Translations under genes and position numbers: made by a program
The notes under the pieces: generated by a model
What the model was told of the DNA's origin: nothing
The model's input: only the letters and a program-made list of their open reading frames with translations
Database searches by the model: none
Part shown: positions 52,690-60,110 of the stretch, one piece after another
Layout: every line of letters begins with the position of its first letter
Position numbering within the stretch: the first letter of the stretch is position 1
Source of the DNA: an uncultured delta proteobacterium
Lineage (GTDB): Bacteria; Myxococcota_A; Polyangia; Polyangiales; Polyangiaceae
DNA length: 64,000 nucleotides
NCBI GenBank assembly: GCA_963841435.1
Contig: CAWJCS010000006.1
Coordinates: 416,001 to 480,000 of the forward strand
Direction: 5' to 3'

Positions 52690-53460
52690 CCAAGCGCTGC
52701 GCGCGGCGCTACGACGTTGCCTGCAAGCGCTCCCTGCGGCGCAGCAAGCGCTCCCCGCGGTCCCGCGACGTTGCCTGCAAGCGCTCCGCACGTCGCCGTG
52801 CCCCCCGCGCCCGCAAGCCGCCCAACGCGCGTCGCCGTGCCCCCCGCGCGCGCAAGCCGCCCAACGCACGTCGCCGTGCCCGCCGTGCCCGCAAGCCGCC
52901 CAACGCGCGATCGCCGCGCCCGCAAGCCGCCCAACGCGCGTCGCCGTGCCCCCCGCGCCCCCAAGCCGCCCAACGCGCGTCGCCGTGCCCCCCGCGCGCG
53001 CAAGCCGCCCAACGCGCGTCGCCGTGCCCGCCGTGCCCGCCGTGCCCGCAAGCCGCCCGACGCGCGTCGCCGTGCCCCCCGCGCCCGCAAGCCGCCCAAC
53101 GCGCGTCGCCGTGCCCGCCGCGCCCGCAAGCCGCCCAACGCACGTCGCCGTGCCCGCCGTGCCCGCCGCGCCCGCAAGCCGCCCAACGCGCGACGCCGCG
53201 CCCGCAAGCCGCCCAACACGCGTCGCCGTGCCCCCCGCGCCCGCAAGCCGCCCAACGCGCGTCGCCGTGCCCCCCGCGCCCGCAAGCCGCCCAACGCGCG
53301 TCGCCGTGCCCCCCGCGCGCGCAAGCCGCCCGACGCGCGTCGCCGTGCCCGCCGTGCCCGCCGCGCCCGCAAGCCGCCCAAGCGCCGCGTCGCCGTGCCC
53401 GCCGCGCCCGCAAGCCGCCCAACGCGCGTCGCCGTGCCCCCCGCGCCCGCAAGGCGCCCG
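52690..53460. repeat. Modular array, about 17 copies of a ~39-bp unit, preceded by GCAAGCGCTCC modules
   Basis: Consensus GCAAGCCGCCCAACGCGCGTCGCCGTGCCCCCCGCGCCC; anchors from 52813 to 53449 spaced mostly 39, also 30/31/41/48. Confidence 0.93.
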
Positions 53461-54001
53461 ACGGCGCGCCACGCTCGGGCTACTCGCCCTCGCCGCGCTG
53501 CCGCTCGCCTGCCAGGGCGACCCCAAGGCGTCGTCGTCGCTCACGGTGAACGACACCGATGCCGGCGTCGCGCTCAGCGCCGCGTGGCACTACCGGAGCT
53601 TCGAAGTCAACGTCAACCTCACGCTCACGACGCACGAAGCCGACGACACGTGCACGACCACGGCGCACCTGCGCGTCAACGACGCCCTGAGCGGGGCCGA
53701 CGACTACAATCTTCCCGCGACCGACTGCACGGTGCTCCGTCTCGGCGCCGACGGCGACATCGTCATGGACGCGGCCCCCACGGGCCACGACTGGACCCAC
53801 GAACAGCTCAGTGTCAACACGGGACGCGAAATCATCTCGCTCGGCCCCGTTTCGCTCGCCGATCCCGACACGGGCGACCCCGTGAGCATCACGTTCACGA
53901 TCGCGGCGCCGCCCTGCGGCGACGGCACCGACTGCGACTGTGGCGTGCTCCGCCGCACGGGCGGCACGGCGCACAGCCTCTCGCTCGGCCGCAAATGCTA
54001 G
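53354..54001 (+). CDS. Hypothetical lipoprotein; start uncertain, within the repeat array
   Basis: RRRATLGLLALAALPLAC lipobox followed by a normal beta-rich, Cys-containing domain; nearest in-frame GTG is at 53354. Confidence 0.6.
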   Translation: MPAAPASRPSAASPCPPRPQAAQRASPCPPRPQGARRRATLGLLALAALPLACQGDPKASSSLTVNDTDAGVALSAAWHYRSFEVNVNLTLTTHEADDTCTTTAHLRVNDALSGADDYNLPATDCTVLRLGADGDIVMDAAPTGHDWTHEQLSVNTGREIISLGPVSLADPDTGDPVSITFTIAAPPCGDGTDCDCGVLRRTGGTAHSLSLGRKC

Positions 54002-54120
54002 CGACCCCGCGGGTGGGGCTGCCCCCGACCCGCCGGTGCTCGGCCTTCGGCCTGCGCGCCGTCAACCACCCCCAAACCGCGTGCTCGGCCTCCGGCCTGC
54101 GCGCGCGGAGGGGGTGGTAC
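54002..54120. repeat. Structured REP-like element or bidirectional terminator between convergent genes
   Basis: GTGCTCGGCCT(T/C)CGGCCTGCGCGC at 54036 and 54081; second copy enclosed by ACCACCCCC...GGGGGTGGT. Confidence 0.65.
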
Positions 54121-54131
54121 GGCGCGGAGCG

Positions 54132-55166
54132 TCAGCCGCCGCCGAGCCAGGCTTCGCCCGGCGCGATGACGCCGGCCCAGCCGTCCACGTAGCGCGACGG
54201 GTCGCCGGGGCTCGAAACGTCGACCCACGCGACGTGGCGTGTGCCGTAGGCGCGCACGTCCAGGTGAACGAAGACGTTGTTCGGGTAGTAGCCGCAGCCG
54301 GTGTCGCGGAGCTTTCGGCACTCGCGAAAGAGCAGGTCGTTTCCGACGCCCTCGACGTAGATGTCGATGGCCTTGCCGCGGCGGTGCAGGCTCGTGTGAG
54401 CGTCGGGACGGTAGCCGCTCATGATGACGATGCGCTTGCCGGGAAACGCCGCGCCGATCTTGCCGAGCGCCCAGACGAGGCGCGGATCGAGCAGTCTGAG
54501 ACCCGGGAGCCATTCGCCGGGGCGGCCGTGCTGCGCTTCCGGGGGCAGCGGCAGGCTCGGCGTGGGCGTGCCGGGCGCGCGCGAAAGCATGCTCACGCGG
54601 TCGATGACCTCGGGCGCGATGGCGCCGTCGCAGTCGAAGAGCGCGAGGCGCTCGGTCTCGCCCGCGTAGCGCGTGAGGGTGACCGCCCGTGGCGCGAGCC
54701 AGCGCGGGCAAGGGCGGCTCGCACGCACGGGCAGCTCGGCGGGGGCGGGCGCGAAGTCGAGACGCCACGCGAGCGACGGTGCGGGCGCGGGACCGTACGC
54801 GCCGTCGCGGAAGGCGCGCCAGTCGGGCGTGTGATTTTCCCAGGGGCGAAGGTAGCGGCCGAGCGCAGCGAGCGTCGCGGGAGGCGCCAGCTGCCAGTGC
54901 TGCTTCGCGTTGCCCGCCGAGAGCCCGGCCGAGAGCCACGCCGTGTCGCGGACGCGTGGCGCCCTCGGGCGAAGGGCCCGCTCGGCCTCACCGAACGACG
55001 CGTACGCGGAGCTTCCCTTTGCGAAGCCGGGCTCGCGAGGCGCCGCCGGCGCCGACGGCACGCCGAGGTGCGCGCGCGTGGGTGCCGCGGCGAGCGCCAG
55101 CGCGGCGGCCGCGAGGGGCCCACCGAGCGCGAGGAGCGGCGATCGCAGCGTGCCCGGGCGCGTCAC
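54132..55166 (-). CDS. DUF882/YcbK-like peptidase M15 family exported protein
   Basis: LDPRL, IMSGYRP, SLHRRGKAIDI, GYYPNNVFVHLDVR; signal peptide. Confidence 0.85.
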   Translation of the reverse strand: MTRPGTLRSPLLALGGPLAAAALALAAAPTRAHLGVPSAPAAPREPGFAKGSSAYASFGEAERALRPRAPRVRDTAWLSAGLSAGNAKQHWQLAPPATLAALGRYLRPWENHTPDWRAFRDGAYGPAPAPSLAWRLDFAPAPAELPVRASRPCPRWLAPRAVTLTRYAGETERLALFDCDGAIAPEVIDRVSMLSRAPGTPTPSLPLPPEAQHGRPGEWLPGLRLLDPRLVWALGKIGAAFPGKRIVIMSGYRPDAHTSLHRRGKAIDIYVEGVGNDLLFRECRKLRDTGCGYYPNNVFVHLDVRAYGTRHVAWVDVSSPGDPSRYVDGWAGVIAPGEAWLGGG

Positions 55167-55275
55167 GGCGCCGAGCATACCGCGACCCGCCCCAGCGCGG
55201 GACGGCGCCGGCCTCGCCGGTTTCTGGCGCGGTTCGTAGCGGCTCACGCTCCTGCCACCGACTGGCGGAGCGGTT

Positions 55276-55935
55276 CTAGGCGCCGTTGACGGGGGCGTCG
55301 AGGGCGCCCTGGAGCAGGCCGAGGAAGGCGTCGTAAGCCTCCTTCGCCTTGATCTCGTCGCCCTCGAGGTACTCGGTGACGCTGAGGCCGTTGAGGACGG
55401 CGAGCACGAGCGTCGCGAGCGCCTCCGAGCGCTGACCGCGCGAGGCGCCGCTCACGACGTCGCGCACGACCTGTCGTGCGTCGCGCTGCAGCCCGGCGGC
55501 GCGGCGCTTGAGCTCGGGATCGCGGCGCGCCGCGCTCCAGACCTCGATGTTGAGACCCGTGCCGGTCTTGTTGCTCTGGATGGCGTCCCAGAGCGCCCGG
55601 AGCGCCTCGGTCGCCTGATGCGGCGAGCCATCACCGTTGCGGATCGCTTCCTTCAAGCGGTCGAGATAGCGGTGATACGTGAAGCTCTGCACTTCGTGAA
55701 TGAGCGCCGCTTTGCTCGCGAAGTAGTAGTGGACGATGCTTTTTCTCAGGCCAAGCTCCTTGCCGATCTCGGCGAGGGTCGTGGCAGTGAACCCCTTGCG
55801 GGCGAAGCACTTCGCAGCCGCAGAGAGGATCGAAGCAACGCGCGGGTTCTCCCAGTCGGCGCTGCGGGTGGCGGTCCCGTTCTCGTCGGTGGGTTTGCGA
55901 GCGGGGACAGCAGTTTGTTCCGTGGTCGTCATCAT
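55276..55935 (-). CDS. TetR/AcrR family regulator
   Basis: ILSAAAKCFARKGFTATTLAEIGKELGLRKSIVHYYFASKAAL. Confidence 0.92.
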   Translation of the reverse strand: MMTTTEQTAVPARKPTDENGTATRSADWENPRVASILSAAAKCFARKGFTATTLAEIGKELGLRKSIVHYYFASKAALIHEVQSFTYHRYLDRLKEAIRNGDGSPHQATEALRALWDAIQSNKTGTGLNIEVWSAARRDPELKRRAAGLQRDARQVVRDVVSGASRGQRSEALATLVLAVLNGLSVTEYLEGDEIKAKEAYDAFLGLLQGALDAPVNGA

Positions 55936-56127
55936 GGTGGATTCGCTTACCGGCCAGCCGGTGTCAGAAGGGGCCAAATCTCCGAGGATCTCCTGCCTCT
56001 CGTCCGGGGCGGCGTTCTTCGCCTAGCTCGTCCGTCGAGTCAAGCCCGCGTCGCCCAAAGCGTCCCCCCGGCCGGCCTCGCCGCCGCCCTGAGCGGCGCC
56101 TGAGCCCTCCGCGAGCGCGAAAAAACT

Positions 56128-57864
56128 TCACGCAGGGCCTCGTTTCTTGCCGGAAGCATGGGTTTTTGCGTCTGTTTCCGGCACGGGGCGGCGACTTTTC
56201 CAAACGGGCATCCCAAGCTTCTCCGTCCAGCCCGGTGTGCCGAACCGCCCCGGCTCCCGGCGCTCCCACATCGAGTCGCGATCGCCCGTGGCGCCCTCCG
56301 ACTCGTCGTCGTCGTCGGGGCCCTGCGTCGTCACGAGCAGCTCGTCGGCGAGGTACTCGGGGTGCGCGTCGTCCTTCGCCGTCTTGTCGGCGCGCGCGTC
56401 GCCGGCACCGACTTTCACGATCTGCGGGGTCGGCGGGTACACGTCGTCCCAGCGCTCGCGCACCGCGTGCGTCCCGTTGCGCACGATGCGGTAGCGACGC
56501 ACCTTGAAGCCCGCGACGCCGCGCTGCGCGAGCACGCGCTCACCGGACGGCAAGCTCTTGTCGGGGCGCTCGATCTCCTCGTACGGGATGGCGTCGATGA
56601 CGCGCCGGATCATCGTCACGGTGCGCGTTCTAGTCGGGCCGAGAATTTCCGCGCGGACGATGCCGTTCTTCACGGTCTCGTGCAGTACGACGGGGAAGGA
56701 AAAATCGTTCTTCACGCGGAAGTTGATGGTCGGGTACACCACCGTCGCGTCGAGCCCGAGCTTGATGTACGAGCTCGGGCGCGTGTGCGGGTAGCGCTCG
56801 ACGATCTCGAGCCCCGCGAAGAAGGCCGCGCCGTGCAGCGTCCCCGAGACCTGGCAGGTGCCGCCCCCGATGCCGTCGACGAGCTCGCCCTCGGCGATGA
56901 CGGGGGCCACCTTGTACCCATTCGCCTCGTCGCGCGGCCCCACAACGTCGTTGAAGTCGAAGATTTCGCCCGGCAGAAGCACGTGGCCGTCGAGCTTGCT
57001 CGCGGCGATGCCGAGGTTGTAGCTCCTCGCGCGGTATCTCTCGGAGCGGTCGTAGCGCGTCTCGAACCAGCCGAGCACGGCGTCGAACTTCACGCCCGCG
57101 AGCTCCTTTTGCGTGCGCTTCGGCCGGCGTGCGACGAAGGCGATCTTCGCGCCCGGCTCGCCCGCCTCGAGCGCTCGTTCGATCGAGAGCAGCGTCGCGT
57201 CCACGTCGAGCAACCGCCCCTCGCGCTCGGGGACGAGCTTGCGCTTTTCGAGATCGAGCCGTGCGTCCTCCGGTGAGCGGTCGAGAGCATCCTTGAGGTC
57301 GGCGAGGGCCGGCAGCGCGAGGTCGCGGTTGAGCGTCACGGGCAGGGGCAGGGCGAGCGGCGCGTTGCCCTTTTCGGCGCGCGCCCGGCGGAACAGCGCG
57401 CTCGTGGGATCGCGCGCGTCGTGCACGAGGTCCGAGAGGCGCACCTTGTCGAGCTCGGCGCCGAGCTGGCCGAGGTAAACTTCGCGGCGCTCGCCCGCGG
57501 CGATCTCGAGCACGAAGCGCCGTGCGACGTAATGCCTCACCCGGTCGAGCGCGCGCTCGCCCGCCGTGCGATCGAGCGCCAGGGGTCGCCCGAGGAGCGT
57601 CACGGCGAGCGGCGCGGGCGGCGTCGAGCCGGGCGAGGGAAGCCGCGGCACGAGCACGAACCCGGCCGCGAGGCCCGAAAGGACGGCGACCACGAGCGCG
57701 GCTCCGGCTCGTCCGAGCGGGAAGCGGCCGAGGATCTCGCGGAGCGCGCGGGGGAACGCCACGGGCCTTCGGGTAGCATGAAGAGCGGGGGCGTGCGTGG
57801 GGGGCGCTTCGGTGTCAGCTCGCTCGCGCCCCCGTCCCTCGAGCTCCGGCGGCGCCTCCGGCAC
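56128..57864 (-). CDS. VanW-family protein with TM anchor and G5-like C-terminus
   Basis: RSYNL, LLPGEIFDFNDVVGPR, GIGGGTCQVSGTL, ERYPH, GLDATV. Confidence 0.88.
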   Translation of the reverse strand: MPEAPPELEGRGRERADTEAPPTHAPALHATRRPVAFPRALREILGRFPLGRAGAALVVAVLSGLAAGFVLVPRLPSPGSTPPAPLAVTLLGRPLALDRTAGERALDRVRHYVARRFVLEIAAGERREVYLGQLGAELDKVRLSDLVHDARDPTSALFRRARAEKGNAPLALPLPVTLNRDLALPALADLKDALDRSPEDARLDLEKRKLVPEREGRLLDVDATLLSIERALEAGEPGAKIAFVARRPKRTQKELAGVKFDAVLGWFETRYDRSERYRARSYNLGIAASKLDGHVLLPGEIFDFNDVVGPRDEANGYKVAPVIAEGELVDGIGGGTCQVSGTLHGAAFFAGLEIVERYPHTRPSSYIKLGLDATVVYPTINFRVKNDFSFPVVLHETVKNGIVRAEILGPTRTRTVTMIRRVIDAIPYEEIERPDKSLPSGERVLAQRGVAGFKVRRYRIVRNGTHAVRERWDDVYPPTPQIVKVGAGDARADKTAKDDAHPEYLADELLVTTQGPDDDDESEGATGDRDSMWERREPGRFGTPGWTEKLGMPVWKSRRPVPETDAKTHASGKKRGPA

Positions 57865-57906
57865 CCTCGTTGGTCAGCGGCGATGCCGCTCGCTAGTCTT
57901 GCCCCC

Positions 57907-59949
57907 GTGGCCGCCGACGACCTTTTGCAGAAGCTCGAGGGGCTCCCCGCGGAGCCCGGCTGCTACCTGTTCAAGGACAAGGACGGCGCGACGCTCTACG
58001 TCGGCAAGGCGAAGAGCCTGCGCGCGCGCGTGCGGAGTTATTTTCAAGCCGCGGGCTCCGACACGCGCGCGTTCTTGCCGCTCTTGAGGCGCCACGTTGC
58101 CGACGTCGAGACGGTCGTCACGGCCACGGAGAAGGAAGCCGCGATCCTCGAGAACAGTCTCATCAAGGAGCGCAAGCCTCGCTACAACGTCAAGCTCCGG
58201 GACGACAAGGAGTACCTCTCGATCCGCCTCGCGAGCGACCATCCGTGGCCGCGGCTCGAGCTCGTGCGCAAGCCGAAAACCGACGGGGCGCGCTACTTCG
58301 GTCCTTACCATTCGGCGACGGCGGCGCGCCGCACGCTCCATCTCGTCGAGAAGCACTGGCGCCTGCGCACCTGCTCCGATCGCGAGATCGTGAGCCGCAA
58401 ACGGCCGTGCCTGAAGTACCAGATCGGCCGCTGCCCGGCGCCGTGCGTCTACAACGTCGACCGCGAGCTTTACGCGGAGCAGGTGCGCTCGGTCGCGCTC
58501 TTTCTCGACGGCCGCCACGACGAGCTTTCGGAGACGCTCGACGAGCGCATGCGCGCCGCGAGCAACCGGCTCGAGTTCGAGCTCGCGGGCACCTACCGTG
58601 ACCAGCTCGCCGCCGTCGAGTCGGTGCGCGAGGCGCAGCGCGTCGTCTCGGTGACCGACCGCGACGAGGACGTCGTTGGGCTGTTCCGCGAGGCGGACCT
58701 CGTCGAGCTCGTGCTGCTCGTGGTGCGCTCGGGGCGCGTCGTCGATACGGCGAGCTTCTCGAGCAAGAAAGTCGAGCTACCCGACGACGAGGTCATCGCG
58801 GGCTTCTTGCGCGAGCACTACGGCGAGGGTGGCTCGGGCGAGGCGCACATTCCCGACGAGGTGCTCGTGCCCGTCTTGCCGGACGGCTCGGCCGGTGTCG
58901 CCGAATGGCTTTCCGAACGCCGCGCGGCGCGCACGGCGGGTCGCGCGCCCGCGCGCGTCGAGCTCGTGGCGCCGCAACGCGGCTCGCGCCGCCGCTTGCT
59001 CGAGCTCGCCGAGAGCAACGCCAAGCACGCCTACGAAGAGAAGCGCCGCGCCGAGAGCGATATGGGCGAGCGCCTGTTCCGCGTTCAGGAGCGGCTCCGA
59101 CTGCCGACCTTGCCGCGCCGCATCGAGTGCGCCGACATCTCGCACCTCGGCGGAGAGGACACCGTGGGCGCCATCGTGTCCCTGTTCGACGGCAAGCCCG
59201 ACAAGAAGCGTTACCGGAGCTACCACGTGAAGACGGCGGGCCCCGGCGACGACTACCAGGCGCTCTACGAGGTCCTGCGGCGCCGCTTTCGTCGCGGCAA
59301 AGCGGCGCGCGACGGCACGCCCAGCGACGGCACGCCCAGCGACGGCACGCCAGCGAACATTCCCGTCGAGACGGCGGACAGCGTCGAGCGTGCCGAAGGC
59401 ACGGCGTCACCCGAGGTGGCGCCGGCCGCCAACGTTGGCGAGCCGCACGCGCACGCCAACGGCGCGCCCGAGCCCGACTGGCAACTGCCGGACCTCTTCG
59501 TCGTCGACGGCGGCCGCGGCCAGCTCGGCGTCGCGCTCGCTGCGGCGCACGATCTCGGTATCCACGACCTCATGATCGTCGGACTCGCCAAGGAGCGGGA
59601 GAGCGAGCTTGGTGACAAGCAGGTGGATCGCGTCTACCTGCCGGGGCAGAAAAATCCGATTCCACTGCGTCCCAACAGCCCCGAGCTCTTCATGCTCGCG
59701 CTCGCCCGCGACGAGGCCCACCGCTTCTCGAACGCCGGTCGCAAGAAGACCGGTAAGCGTCGCCGCTTCGAATCCGCGCTCGATCGGGTCAAGGGGATCG
59801 GGCCGAAGACCCGGAAAGCGCTGCTTAAAGAGCTCGGCTCGGTCGAGGCCATCCGTGGGGCGAGCGACGACCAGATCCTCGCCGTGACCGGCGTGACGAA
59901 GAACCACCTCGCCGCCGTTCGGCGCTGGCTCTCGGACCCCAAAATCTGA
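57907..59949 (+). CDS. uvrC: Excinuclease ABC subunit C
   Basis: LYVGKAKSLRARVRSYF, PRYNVKLRDDK, IECADISH, PDLFVVDGGRGQL, RDEAHRF, GIGPK. Confidence 0.97.
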   Translation: MAADDLLQKLEGLPAEPGCYLFKDKDGATLYVGKAKSLRARVRSYFQAAGSDTRAFLPLLRRHVADVETVVTATEKEAAILENSLIKERKPRYNVKLRDDKEYLSIRLASDHPWPRLELVRKPKTDGARYFGPYHSATAARRTLHLVEKHWRLRTCSDREIVSRKRPCLKYQIGRCPAPCVYNVDRELYAEQVRSVALFLDGRHDELSETLDERMRAASNRLEFELAGTYRDQLAAVESVREAQRVVSVTDRDEDVVGLFREADLVELVLLVVRSGRVVDTASFSSKKVELPDDEVIAGFLREHYGEGGSGEAHIPDEVLVPVLPDGSAGVAEWLSERRAARTAGRAPARVELVAPQRGSRRRLLELAESNAKHAYEEKRRAESDMGERLFRVQERLRLPTLPRRIECADISHLGGEDTVGAIVSLFDGKPDKKRYRSYHVKTAGPGDDYQALYEVLRRRFRRGKAARDGTPSDGTPSDGTPANIPVETADSVERAEGTASPEVAPAANVGEPHAHANGAPEPDWQLPDLFVVDGGRGQLGVALAAAHDLGIHDLMIVGLAKERESELGDKQVDRVYLPGQKNPIPLRPNSPELFMLALARDEAHRFSNAGRKKTGKRRRFESALDRVKGIGPKTRKALLKELGSVEAIRGASDDQILAVTGVTKNHLAAVRRWLSDPKI

Positions 59950-60110
59950 CAAACTCAGTTGGCCGCGCCGACGGGCATCGCCAACTCGGTTGTCGGCTCC
60001 AGCCGCGGTAGGCAACGATGCTCGGCCCTCGCGAATCGGCATGAGCCTTGCGTTGACACTGTCCCGCGTCAACCCCTACGCTCTCGGCGCCTCCAAGGAG
60101 TTCCCCCGCT

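Noticed and set aside
52813-53460. Guide-RNA-type array (CRISPR- or TIGR-like)
   Set aside because: Variable parts are permutations of the same short module rather than unique spacers; no suitable effector recognised
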